NCBI GenBank assembly: GCA_965242695.1
Contig: CBDESU010000002.1
Coordinates: forward strand, 64,001-128,000
Direction: 5' to 3'
DNA length: 64,000 nucleotides
Origin: Cenarchaeum sp.
Lineage (GTDB): Archaea > Thermoproteota > Nitrososphaeria > Nitrososphaerales > Nitrosopumilaceae
The position numbers and the translations under genes are program-made. Positions 9,592 to 19,063 of this stretch are shown here, piece by piece (position 1 is the first letter of the stretch; the number at the start of each line of letters is the position of its first letter). The notes beneath the pieces are model-generated. The model ran no database searches. It saw nothing but the letters and a program-made list of their open reading frames with translations, and was not told the DNA's origin.

Positions 9592-10602
9592 ATGCCGGCC
9601 GGCGCGGGGCACCGCGTGGACGCCGACATGGTCAACCACCTGCTGCACATGCAGGCGGCGCTCGCCACCGGAAGGTCCAACCGCCACTTCCGGCTCAACA
9701 AGAGGCACGGCCTGGCGATACGCAAGTCGAACATGGAGGACGGCGCAATGGCCGACACGGTGTGGTCGCTCGGTGAGATCCACACGTGCGGCGCCGCGCA
9801 GGAGTACTTTGGAATGATCGACGCGAGGAGGGCCGGCAAAGTCATCGACCGGTTCGAGGGCGCGTGGCCCGACTACGGAGAGGCCGTCCGCAACCGCAAG
9901 CGGTGCATCCTCGACCTTGCGATGCGCCATGCCGGCCGCGCCGGCATACGGCAGGCCGTCATACTCGGCGCCGGGTTCGACGCGCTGTCGCTCGAGATCG
10001 CCGCGCGCAGCAGGCGCGCCGTGTCGTCGTACGAGGTCGATGCGGCGGCGATGCCGTACAAGCGCCAGGTCATGTACGACGTGGACGGCGGCGCCGCGCC
10101 GGACTATCTCAGGTGCATTACGGCCGACCTGTCGGCCATTACGCCGCGCCGCCTCGGCACAGCGCTCACAAAGGAGGGATGGGACTACGACCGGCCGTCG
10201 CTCGTCGTCGCCGAGGGGATCACGCAGTACCTGCCAAAGTCCAAGCTGGCCGCCCTGCTCTCGCTGTTCCGCACCCCGAACGGGTCGTCGCGGATCATAA
10301 TGGAGTACATACGGGACAAGTCCTCGATCGACCCCGGCAGGGCCGGCGTGCCCGAGCAGCTGCTCGGCTGGCACGGCGTCATGATCGGCGTCGACAGGCT
10401 GTCGAGGTACTCTGACGCGCAGGCGCTCGACTTTGCCGCGGGCGGGACGGGGCGCGGCGGCAGGGCCGGGGTCGACGCGGCCGCGGCCGCGGGCATGAGG
10501 ATCGCCGGCCCCGCGCATATGGAAAAGGCGCGGACGGGGGACAACGCCTTCTTTCCGGACGACCGCAGCGGGTGGTTTGCCGTGTGCCACGGCCCCATCT
10601 AG
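9592..10602 (+). CDS. Class I SAM-dependent methyltransferase (leucine carboxyl methyltransferase-like)
   Basis: VILGAGFDAL, YEVD, ITADL and VAEGITQYL motifs typical of the LCM family. Confidence 0.8.
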   Translation: MPAGAGHRVDADMVNHLLHMQAALATGRSNRHFRLNKRHGLAIRKSNMEDGAMADTVWSLGEIHTCGAAQEYFGMIDARRAGKVIDRFEGAWPDYGEAVRNRKRCILDLAMRHAGRAGIRQAVILGAGFDALSLEIAARSRRAVSSYEVDAAAMPYKRQVMYDVDGGAAPDYLRCITADLSAITPRRLGTALTKEGWDYDRPSLVVAEGITQYLPKSKLAALLSLFRTPNGSSRIIMEYIRDKSSIDPGRAGVPEQLLGWHGVMIGVDRLSRYSDAQALDFAAGGTGRGGRAGVDAAAAAGMRIAGPAHMEKARTGDNAFFPDDRSGWFAVCHGPI

Positions 10603-10800
10603 CCCCGCGCGCAGTCCGGCCGGGCGTGAGTGGGCGCCGCCCCTGCCGCCGCCTCCAAGTCCCTGCCGCATGCGCCCATCTCCCTGCTCGCCCGGTGTGC
10701 GGCGCGGCCGCCTCGGCTGCCGCGGCGCAGCAGCGGGGGCGTTCCGGCGTACGCCGCGGCGGGGAGCGGGATCAGCTGGCGCGGGCGCGGGCGCTTCGCG

Positions 10801-13302
10801 CTAGGAGGGTGCATCCGCGTGACCCGCTAGCGCAAGCGGCGCAATCACGGGAGTCAGCGCGGCCAGGACGGCCTGCCTAAAGGCAGGACTCTGCCGCTCC
10901 AGGTCGGCGACTGCGGGCGAGACCGCATAGTATGCGCCGTTGAGCCAGGCCATGAGCGCGGCGCCCGAGTCCGTCCCGCGCACGGCGGCATCGCGCATCT
11001 CGCGCAGCGCCTGCACCTGCGGCGCCAGCTCCGTGCCGTACGCGGCCGTCGCGACAAGGCAGCCCCCTCCCTCCGGCGCTGGAGACTCTTGCGCGGCGCC
11101 CCCTACAATCTGGCAGACGCCGTCCTCGTCAAGGGCAGTGCCGGGGCCGCACAGGGCAGGAGGATCAGAGTCTGAGGAGGGAGGCGCGTCTGGGGCGGCT
11201 TGGGGCGGCGCGTCGCTGCCGTCATCCGATTCCGGCCGGGCGGCAGGGGCCGCGTCGTCTCGCGCCGCATCCGTGGCCGGTGCCTGGTCTGGTGCGGCCG
11301 CGGGGGCCGGTGCGGGGTCGGGGGCCGCGGGGGCCGCGGGAGGAGGCGGAGGGGGTGCGGGGTCGGGGGCCGGTGCGGGGTCGGGGGCCGCGGGAGGAGG
11401 CGGAGGGGGTGCGGGGTCGGGGGCCGGTGCGGGGTCGGGGGCCGCGGGAGGAGGCGGAGGGGGTGCGGGGTCGGGGGCCGGTGCGGGGTCGGGGGCCGCG
11501 GGGGCCGCGGGAGGAGGCGGAGGGGGTGCGGGGTCGGGGGCCGGTGCGGGGTCGGGGGCCGCGGGGGCCGCGGGAGGAGGCGGAGGGGGTGCGGGGTCGG
11601 GGGCCGGTGCGGGGTCGGGGGCCGCGGGAGGAGGCGGAGGGGGTGCGGGGTCGGGGGCCGGTGCGGGGTCGGGGGCCGCGGAAGTCGGGAGCGCCCTAGC
11701 CGGGACGGGCGGAGGCGACGCGCCGTCGACCTGGAACGTGGTGATCCCGACAACCTTTCCCCTAAATGTCACCAGCACCTCGTACGTTCCCGTGGGCGAC
11801 TCCGAGTCGAGCATCACCGGCAGGCTGTACCTTCCGGTCTCCGTGGTATAGATTAGGCCTCCGTCCGTGTTTCCGTCGGGGCGCGTGATCGTAATCGCCA
11901 CGCGGTCGCCATCCTCGCGATTGTGCAGTATGCCGGACACTGTCGCGTATACGGTCTGGCCGTACCTTACGGAGTAAAAGCCCTCGTCTACGGCGACCGT
12001 TCCCCGATCGGCGGCGGCGCCTGCGCCGCCGCGGCCCGGGGCGGTCCCGGCCGAGACGGTGACGGTCCCGGACATCCAGGGATGGACCACGCAGTAGTAC
12101 GGATAGCTGCCGGCTGCCGCAAACGTGTGCGCAAACGCGGATCGGGGCCCGATCAGGCCGCTGTCGAGCCGCCCGTCCGGCCCGCCCCCTGCTGTGCCGC
12201 CGACCACCGTATGCGCCGAGCGGTCGCCGTTGGTCCACGTCACCGTGCCGCCCGTGCCGATCGATGCGTCCGACGGCACGTAGCACGTGTCGTTGTCCTC
12301 GCAGCCGGGGACCGACGACCCGAGCAGTATGCTGACGTCCGCGCCGGCCGCCGGCGCGGCCGGCGGCAGGGCAGGATCCGGCTCCGAAGGGACCGGGACC
12401 GGATCGGCGCGGCCGCCGGCCCCGCCGGCTCCTCCGCCGCCGCCCGGCGTCGGATCCCGCGGCAGTTCCGGCTCGAATGGCGGGGCGCGCATGCCGCCGC
12501 CGGGCGCCGAGACCTCCCTGTACTTGGCCGTTATTGTGACAAGGCGCTCGGACAGCTCGTCGCCCGTGATGATGAGCAGCCCGCCGTTGCTGGACACCGA
12601 CTCGCAGAGGCCCCCGTACCTCAGGTACCCCTCGCCGTAGCAGGACTCGGACGAGTAGTGGCTGAACGGCTCGCCGTCGGACCACCTGTCGAAGGACTCC
12701 CTGCCGGGCACGACGTACACGTCGAACCCGTGGGTCGGATCGTCGATCGAGACGTGGTACTCGAACGAGGTGATCTCCCGGGACGTGCAGAACGGCACAT
12801 AGTGCGCGTGGTCCACGACGGTTGCCAGCTCGGTCTCGACGATCCCGTACGTCTTGTCGAGGGCCACGGGGTACATGATGCTCGACCGGTCGCGGGTGTG
12901 GCCGTACCCGAGTATGTGCCCGATCTCGTGCGTCATTATCTGCGCTACGTGCTGCCCTGAGTACGGGTGCCAGCGGTCCATGCAGTGGCTGTCGCCCAGC
13001 CCCACCTCTATGAACCGGTTGCCGTACGCGTACCCCACGTGCTCTACGCCAAAGTCCCTCACCCACTGCACGCTAAAGTCCGCATCGCGGCGGCTGTCGG
13101 CGACGTAGAACTCGGTCCCGGGAAGACGGTCCGACCAGTACTCGGTCGACTCGTACATGACGTTCGATGCGTACGAGGCCCAGTCGGGAAGCTCTTCGGT
13201 GTAGACGAGCAGGCTCGTCTCGGCGTGCGACATAGGCGCGGCCGCGGCCGCAGCGCACAGCGCCAGGGCGGCCCCGACAAGGACGCAAGGCTCGGGGCGC
13301 AC
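10801..13302 (-). CDS. Secreted/surface protein: matrixin-like Zn metalloprotease, cupredoxin, Ig-like region, Pro-rich stalk and CFI-box-CTERM anchor
   Basis: Signal-like N-terminus, HEIGHILGYGH with SIMYP Met-turn, HTVV...YPYYCVVHPWM type-1 copper site, and GGCLVATAAYGTELAPQVQALRE. The GTG start is estimated. Confidence 0.8.
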   Translation of the reverse strand: MRPEPCVLVGAALALCAAAAAAPMSHAETSLLVYTEELPDWASYASNVMYESTEYWSDRLPGTEFYVADSRRDADFSVQWVRDFGVEHVGYAYGNRFIEVGLGDSHCMDRWHPYSGQHVAQIMTHEIGHILGYGHTRDRSSIMYPVALDKTYGIVETELATVVDHAHYVPFCTSREITSFEYHVSIDDPTHGFDVYVVPGRESFDRWSDGEPFSHYSSESCYGEGYLRYGGLCESVSSNGGLLIITGDELSERLVTITAKYREVSAPGGGMRAPPFEPELPRDPTPGGGGGAGGAGGRADPVPVPSEPDPALPPAAPAAGADVSILLGSSVPGCEDNDTCYVPSDASIGTGGTVTWTNGDRSAHTVVGGTAGGGPDGRLDSGLIGPRSAFAHTFAAAGSYPYYCVVHPWMSGTVTVSAGTAPGRGGAGAAADRGTVAVDEGFYSVRYGQTVYATVSGILHNREDGDRVAITITRPDGNTDGGLIYTTETGRYSLPVMLDSESPTGTYEVLVTFRGKVVGITTFQVDGASPPPVPARALPTSAAPDPAPAPDPAPPPPPPAAPDPAPAPDPAPPPPPPAAPAAPDPAPAPDPAPPPPPPAAPAAPDPAPAPDPAPPPPPPAAPDPAPAPDPAPPPPPPAAPDPAPAPDPAPPPPPPAAPAAPDPAPAPAAAPDQAPATDAARDDAAPAARPESDDGSDAPPQAAPDAPPSSDSDPPALCGPGTALDEDGVCQIVGGAAQESPAPEGGGCLVATAAYGTELAPQVQALREMRDAAVRGTDSGAALMAWLNGAYYAVSPAVADLERQSPAFRQAVLAALTPVIAPLALAGHADAPS
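11290..11680. repeat. Intragenic tandem repeat (about 51-60 bp units) encoding (PAA)PDPAPAPDPAPPPPP
   Basis: About six near-identical copies of GGAGGAGGCGGAGGGGGTGCGGGGTCGGGGGCCGGTGCGGGGTCGGGGGCCGCG. Confidence 0.95.
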
Positions 13303-13420
13303 GGGCGGGGCGCGAGGGGCGATCCTAATATCGTCTGCGCAGGAGTGCCGCGCGGGCGGGGCGCGCCCGGGGGTCGGGCTGGACGGCAGGCCTGGAGCGG
13401 AGCCCCCTTCGCCGGCGCCG

Positions 13421-14299
13421 TCACAGGCGCACCGGAACGCCCGCATCGAAGAGGAACCGCTTGACGGCGGCGATGCCGTACGAGCCGTAGTGGAATATCG
13501 ACGCGGCAAGGGCCGCATCGGCCGCGCCGTCCCTTCCCGCAAGCACCTCGGCCATGTGGGCGGGGGTGCCGCACCCGCCCGAGGCGACGACCGGTATCCC
13601 GACCGAGCCAGACACGGCCGACGTGAGCTCTAGGTCGTACCCGTCCTTTGTGCCGTCCCGGTCGATGCTCGTGAGGAGGACCTCGCCGGCGCCCATCTCC
13701 TGCGCGCACGCGGCCCATGCGACGGCGTCGATGCCGACAGGCCTCTTGCCGCCGTACACGTGCACCTCGAACCAGAAGGGGCGCCCGTCGGCATCGCGGC
13801 GCACGTGGACTGGCCCCGCGATGCCGGCGCCGTCCCCTCCTCCCCATCCCCTGGCCGCCCCGGCCGCCGCTTCCGCCCCGCCGCCCAGGCCGTAGTTGCG
13901 CTTTGCGTCGATGGCCACGACAACGCACTGCCTGCCGAACAGGTCCATGAGGCCGGTGAGGACGGACGGGTCGCGGACGGCGCCGGTGTTGATCGCGACC
14001 TTGTCGGCGCCGGAGAGCAGTATGTCGCGCGCGTGCCGCAGCTCGCTCACACCGCCGCCGACCGTAAACGGTATGTCCAGGACGCCGGCGACGTCCCTTA
14101 CGAGCGCAGTTATCGTCCTGCGCCGCTCCTCGGATGCCGTAATGTCCAGGAAGACGAGCTCGTCGGCGCCCTGCTCGCCGTACCTTGCGGCAAGCTCGAC
14201 GGGATCGCCGGCGTCGCGCGTCGAGACGAACCTCGTCCCCTTTACGACGCGGCCGCCGGACACGTCCAGGCACGGGACGATCCTCCTCGTCAGCGGCAT
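13421..14299 (-). CDS. hisF: Imidazole glycerol phosphate synthase cyclase subunit
   Basis: RRIVPCLDV, GADELVFLDITAS, TSIDRDGTKDGYD and ALAASIFH. Confidence 0.97.
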   Translation of the reverse strand: MPLTRRIVPCLDVSGGRVVKGTRFVSTRDAGDPVELAARYGEQGADELVFLDITASEERRRTITALVRDVAGVLDIPFTVGGGVSELRHARDILLSGADKVAINTGAVRDPSVLTGLMDLFGRQCVVVAIDAKRNYGLGGGAEAAAGAARGWGGGDGAGIAGPVHVRRDADGRPFWFEVHVYGGKRPVGIDAVAWAACAQEMGAGEVLLTSIDRDGTKDGYDLELTSAVSGSVGIPVVASGGCGTPAHMAEVLAGRDGAADAALAASIFHYGSYGIAAVKRFLFDAGVPVRL

Positions 14300-15009
14300 G
14301 CCTCTTTCTTGGCCTCCCGTATCGTGACCCGCCCCTCGTAGAGGGCCCTGCCGAGTATGACGCCGGCCGCGCCGGCCCTCTTGACTAGCCCCACGTCGGC
14401 GGCAGACGAGATGCCTCCGCTTGCGATCACGGCCGTTTCGGGCTCGGCGCACGCCCGGCCGAGCCAGTCCAGGTCGGGGCCCTCCATCGTCCCGTCCCTG
14501 CCGACGTCGGTGAGCAAAAACTCGCGCGCGCCGCCCTCCGCGAGCGACCGCACCCCCTCGAGCAGCGGCACGCCCGTGTCGCTCTGCCAGCCCCTCACGA
14601 GTATGCTGCCGCCCGAGTGGTCGACGGATACGACGATCCGGCGCGGGCCGTGCCGGGCAAGGAGCGAGCGCAGTGCCGGCCGGTCGGCGAACGCGAGCGT
14701 GCCGACGACCGTCCGGCTGCCGTCGATCGAGTCGAGCAGGGCCGAGACGGCGCGCGGCGTGCGCAGTCCGCCGGCGATCTCGACGGGAACGGTCGCGTGG
14801 CGGCACATGTCCCTCACTAGGCGCAGGTTGGATCCCGACCCGAGGGTCGCGTCCAGGTCTACGATGTGCAGCATGTCGGCGCCGTCGGCCTCCCACCTTC
14901 GCATGACGGCCACGGGGTCGTCGCCGTACACGGTCTTGTCGGCCGGGTTGCCGCGCAGCAGGCGGACGACCTTGCCGCCCAAGAGGTCGATGGCAGGAAT
15001 GACCCTCAC
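14290..15009 (-). CDS. hisA: ProFAR isomerase
   Basis: VIPAIDLLGGKVVRL, HIVDLDA and IASGGIS. The GTGA start overlaps the hisH stop. Confidence 0.95.
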   Translation of the reverse strand: MRVIPAIDLLGGKVVRLLRGNPADKTVYGDDPVAVMRRWEADGADMLHIVDLDATLGSGSNLRLVRDMCRHATVPVEIAGGLRTPRAVSALLDSIDGSRTVVGTLAFADRPALRSLLARHGPRRIVVSVDHSGGSILVRGWQSDTGVPLLEGVRSLAEGGAREFLLTDVGRDGTMEGPDLDWLGRACAEPETAVIASGGISSAADVGLVKRAGAAGVILGRALYEGRVTIREAKKEACR

Positions 15010-15635
15010 TTGGCGCACCCCCTCAGGAAGTTTTCGAGCATGATGCGCCCGGCGGGGCCGGACTTTTCCGGGTGGAACTGCGTGCCGGTGATCGAGCCGG
15101 ACTCTACCACTGCGGGCACCCTCGCGCCGTAGTCGGCCTCGGCGGCCACGACTCCGCCTCCGCCGTCAGCAGGCCTCGCCATGTACGAGTGCACAAAGTA
15201 GGCCCATATAGGCCCGCCGCCGGCGCCTGCGCCCTCTAGGAGGGCAGACGGGCGCGTCTCCTCGAGGCTGTTCCACCCCATGTGGGGCACCTTCATCGTA
15301 CTCGGCAGGTCGACGACCTCGCCGGGCAGCAGGCAGAGGCCGCGCTCCGAGCCCTCGGCGCTGCGCTCAAAGAACGCCTCCATGCCGAGGCATATGCCGA
15401 GGACCGGAAGGGAGCCGCCGGACATGGCCTCGAGGACGGCGTCGGGCAGGCCGGCGCGCAGGGCCCTCACCGACGGGTCAAAGTTTCCCACGCCGGGCAG
15501 GACGATCCCCGAGTAGGGGTGCGACCTGCCGAGGGACTCTATCACGTCGACTGCGGCGCCGGCGCGCTCGAGGCCCGCCCGTATGCTGAATATGTTTCCG
15601 GCCCCGTAGTCGAAGACGGCGATGCGGCGGGCCAT
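15006..15635 (-). CDS. hisH: Imidazole glycerol phosphate synthase glutaminase subunit
   Basis: DYGAGN, LPGVG, GICLGM and QFHPEKS. Confidence 0.97.
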   Translation of the reverse strand: MARRIAVFDYGAGNIFSIRAGLERAGAAVDVIESLGRSHPYSGIVLPGVGNFDPSVRALRAGLPDAVLEAMSGGSLPVLGICLGMEAFFERSAEGSERGLCLLPGEVVDLPSTMKVPHMGWNSLEETRPSALLEGAGAGGGPIWAYFVHSYMARPADGGGGVVAAEADYGARVPAVVESGSITGTQFHPEKSGPAGRIMLENFLRGCAK

Positions 15636-15636
15636 G

Positions 15637-16257
15637 TCACATGTTACCCTTTGTGCTCGGCGGTCCGGCGCGCCGCGGATCCCTCGAGGCCGCTGCCCTT
15701 AGGGCGACTGCGAGCGACTTTACGGCAGCCTCGGCCCTGTGGTGGTCGTTCTCGCCGTACCTGACCGACAGGTGCACGCAGCAGTCGAGGTTCTCGAGGA
15801 GCGAGCGGAAGAAGTGGTCGAGGTCCTCGCGCGCGACGCCCTCTATGTCCTCGCGGCGGAGGGCCACGTCGAGCGAGCAGTGGCGGCGGCGCACGAGGTC
15901 GACCGAGGCGTCGGCAAGGGCCTCGTCCATGGGGACGGACGCGTGGCCGAACCGCACTATTCCCGAGCGGTCGCCGAGGGCCTCGTCGATGGCAGAGGCG
16001 ACCGTAATGGCCGTGTCCTCGATGAGGTGGTGGCCTATGCCGTCAAGCGACCTTGCGCTCACGTCCAGGTCGATCATCGAGTGCTTTGAGAGGGACGCGA
16101 GGAGGTGGTCGACGAACCTTGCGCCCGTGCGGGCGCTGCACGCGCCGGTCCCGTCGATGTCGACGGCCACCTCGACGGACGTCTCGCCTGTCGTGCGCGT
16201 GCGCGAGGCGGTGCGGGAGTCGGGGGCGGCAGGGTGCTGAGGCGGAGGCGGCGCCAT
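15637..16257 (-). CDS. hisB: Imidazoleglycerol-phosphate dehydratase
   Basis: [29 protein letters not shown] and PSTKG. Confidence 0.96.
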   Translation of the reverse strand: MAPPPPQHPAAPDSRTASRTRTTGETSVEVAVDIDGTGACSARTGARFVDHLLASLSKHSMIDLDVSARSLDGIGHHLIEDTAITVASAIDEALGDRSGIVRFGHASVPMDEALADASVDLVRRRHCSLDVALRREDIEGVAREDLDHFFRSLLENLDCCVHLSVRYGENDHHRAEAAVKSLAVALRAAASRDPRRAGPPSTKGNM

Positions 16258-16837
16258 GCGGGGGCGGCAGGGGGGCGCAATTTATGGGTTGGGCGCTGGA
16301 CGGAGACAACCCGTGCGGAGCCCGGCCGGCATGCGCCGGTGTCTTACCAGGCGTGCACAGGAGCGTCGATCGCCCGGTATAGTAGTCTAGCCTAAAGCGT
16401 CACGCGCACCGCGCAATTGCACGATGTGGCGGCAATGCAGGACAACCTCTTGCAGTGCGCCGGACACGGCGCCGTGTGCGCCCCACATCGTCCTTCCCCG
16501 ACATGTGTCGAGTACGTAGGATGTCGCCCTGCGAGGAGACCCACGCGATGACGACGCCCGACACATGCGCCACCGCGGCAGCAGCCGGCAGAGGTGGCAC
16601 CCGGCGGCCGCCATCGGCAGGTACGACATGGCACGGCGCATCGAAAACGATGCGGCCCGTCTGAGTTCAGCAGATGTGAACGCATTCTGAATGCTGACCG
16701 GTTGTCCAGTCTCCTCGGCTAATGGGCAGGCATTGGTTGCAGAGGATGGCCGGCAGGGCACAGAGGGCGCGCCGATAGCCGATATAAAGCACAGATCGTC
16801 CGAAGTGTACCACCGCCGATGTCTGCCGGCATCCAGG

Positions 16838-17317
16838 CTAGCGATCGGCGTACGAATTTGCAAGTTCCGAGCCGCAGGGCAGTACTTGCACACTGTGCCG
16901 TTTTCCGTTTATCTTGATCTTTTGGGCGCGCCAAAACACGTAGAAAAATTTTCGTTTGCGGCCCTTGATGAGCAGTAACAATTTTGGGTGACATTTCCTG
17001 TTTCTAAGAACATTCCGTTCAATCAGTGGAATTAGTCTGGAGGTGGGCAGAAACTTTTCCAGAACCCGCGTCTGCTCTACATTGCCGCTTTTGAGTTCAA
17101 CGAGCGACACGCGCGGTGGAAGCGTGTCGCGGATCACTATACAGTCGCAGGCTTTGCTACTTTTGATCACATCCTCGCCCTTTACCACTGCATAGTCGTC
17201 AATCCCAGTCAGGCTCAAGGAGCAGCCATGTTCACGGCAGCTTTCCCGCACAGCATTTCCGAACGTTGCGCGAGCCAGATGCCGCAGGTTTGCCCCGGGT
17301 GACGATTGTGCTGTCAA
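16838..17317 (-). CDS. Small hypothetical protein with PD-(D/E)xK-like motif, coupled to the ATPase
   Basis: ACDCIVIRD...VSLVELKSG, ATGA overlap with the upstream ATPase, and lower GC. Confidence 0.6.
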   Translation of the reverse strand: MTAQSSPGANLRHLARATFGNAVRESCREHGCSLSLTGIDDYAVVKGEDVIKSSKACDCIVIRDTLPPRVSLVELKSGNVEQTRVLEKFLPTSRLIPLIERNVLRNRKCHPKLLLLIKGRKRKFFYVFWRAQKIKINGKRHSVQVLPCGSELANSYADR

Positions 17318-18852
17318 TTCATGTACTCCTCGATGCGTATGTTGATGTCGTATAAAAATTTTTCGGTGTCGATAAACTCATCTTGTAAAAATCCATCCTC
17401 GGCCGACATGTCAATCTTCTTGGCGACGCAGCCGCCCTTCTCGTCTGGCGCAAAGAGATGCGGCGCGACCTCGTTCGGGCAAAGGTACAGATTGTCCGTC
17501 CCCACCGCCCGCCTTCGCTTTTCAGGAGGCAGGGGGCTCACCTCTAGGTACTGGCTGACTGCCTCGAACAGCGTGCCGCTGTGCGTCGTAATCATGACGT
17601 TGGCGCCGCCCCTCACAAGGCCTACTAGGTGACCGGCTAGGCGTATTTGGTTGCGTGGGTGCAGATGGGCCTCTGGCTCTTCTATGATGAGCATTCCACC
17701 GCGCCCCATGCTGTGCTTGAGGTACAGCGTGATCGGGGCAATCTCGGAAACCGTCGACGATGCCCGGTGTATCGGCACCTTGTCGGCATGGTTCCTGTAG
17801 ACGAGTTCCGGCAGGGCGTGGCGGCCGGGGTAGATCAGGGACACTCGCCCACCAAGCATGTCGCTTTCAATTTGCTCGCCGTGCTTCATATAGGGACCGC
17901 GAAGTGGCTGGATGTTGATTATTGCCGTGGCAAAATCAGAAACCACGCCCGGCAGTCCCGGGGCATGCCCGCCACGCGTTCCGCCAAGAGATGTACCGTC
18001 TATCATGCCTGACGAAATTGTCCTGTGCGCCTGCAGTATGCCCGTCCGCCCTGCCGGAAAGTAAAAGCTGCCTGCCGGCAAGCCAGGGATCATTCTGGGC
18101 ATGATTCTTTCTTCAATCATGCTGCAAAGGCGGCGCGCCGCGGTCGCCGCAAATTTGTGTGCGATCAAGCCGGGGTGTATTCGGCAGAGAATTTCGTTGT
18201 CGGCGACGAACTCTGCATCCAGTTGCGGCAGGCCAGAAGCCCTTGTCGCCTGGAGCGAGATAGAGATCTTCTCGGGCGATCCCAGCTCGAACCCGGATGC
18301 CCCATACCTCAAGATCTGCCGGCGGCCGGCCTTCAAGTCCACAGAAAAGCGCTTTGTCTTGCCCCTAGCCAAGCTTTGCAACGGGGATGCAAAGTTGAGC
18401 TCCAGCTCCCGTTCAAGCCTCGCAGCGAGGCGTTGTCGACATGACGATGTTATCTGAGATGCCAGGCGGGGCGGGCACTTGTACACCCTTCCTGGCGCGA
18501 GGGAGAGGAGCGCCTCCGCCATGTTTTTGTCCATGGCGCTAGATACGGCCTTGCCTCCGTCGGGTGCGGCCGTCGCCATATGGCGCCTTGCCGTGCCTAG
18601 CCCCGAGGAAATAATCGAGTGGGCCAGCATCGCTGCGTACGATTTTCCCGTGTTGCTCGGGCCTATGAAGATCGTAAGGGGCCGCAGCGAGAGCGATGCC
18701 CTCTTGATCGGGCCAAAGTTCCTGATCGCCATGTCCAAATGCAGTGGCGCGACGTCTTCTTGCGCGGGCTCGGCAGCCGGCATGGGCGCATCCAAGTGCT
18801 GTGCAGGGCGCCTGCCAACCCGTGTCTTTCGCTTCTCGCTCTTTCCCTTCAC
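17314..18852 (-). CDS. ABC-type ATPase (AAA_15/AAA_21; OLD/PARIS/Septu-like class)
   Basis: IRNFGPI, Walker A GPSNTGKS, FPAGRTG, signature-like ASSTVSE, Walker B/D-loop LIIEEPEAHLHP and TTHS. The GTG start lies about 25 bp after a TATA-like box. Confidence 0.85.
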   Translation of the reverse strand: MKGKSEKRKTRVGRRPAQHLDAPMPAAEPAQEDVAPLHLDMAIRNFGPIKRASLSLRPLTIFIGPSNTGKSYAAMLAHSIISSGLGTARRHMATAAPDGGKAVSSAMDKNMAEALLSLAPGRVYKCPPRLASQITSSCRQRLAARLERELELNFASPLQSLARGKTKRFSVDLKAGRRQILRYGASGFELGSPEKISISLQATRASGLPQLDAEFVADNEILCRIHPGLIAHKFAATAARRLCSMIEERIMPRMIPGLPAGSFYFPAGRTGILQAHRTISSGMIDGTSLGGTRGGHAPGLPGVVSDFATAIINIQPLRGPYMKHGEQIESDMLGGRVSLIYPGRHALPELVYRNHADKVPIHRASSTVSEIAPITLYLKHSMGRGGMLIIEEPEAHLHPRNQIRLAGHLVGLVRGGANVMITTHSGTLFEAVSQYLEVSPLPPEKRRRAVGTDNLYLCPNEVAPHLFAPDEKGGCVAKKIDMSAEDGFLQDEFIDTEKFLYDINIRIEEYMN

Positions 18853-18873
18853 GACCGCCGGTGTATTTTTGTC

Positions 18874-18886
18874 TAATATATATATG
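18874..18886 (-). promoter_or_regulatory. TATA-like box for the ATPase cassette
   Basis: ATATATATATTAG on the minus strand, about 25-30 nt upstream of GTG 18852. Confidence 0.55.
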
Positions 18887-19063
18887 AGGCGTACGGGACA
18901 GCAAGGCATCAATGCCTGTGGGCTGCCGGAGATGGCGCGCCAGAGCCCGCGCGCGGCGGCAGTCGAACCTGGAGGAAGATGTGGCGGGCGCAGCTGCCGA
19001 GAAGCGGCCGTTCCGGCGGCGATCGCGGGCGCGGACAGGCGCGGCAGCGGGCGCGCGCAGGCC

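Noticed and set aside
11290-11680. Possible CRISPR array
   Set aside because: The repeats are contiguous, lack unique spacers and are in frame within a surface-protein gene. No cas genes are in the window.
16387-16893. 168-aa ORF and short ORFs between hisB and the ATPase cassette
   Set aside because: They have no recognisable motifs and atypical composition. They could be a decayed remnant, but I cannot support that.
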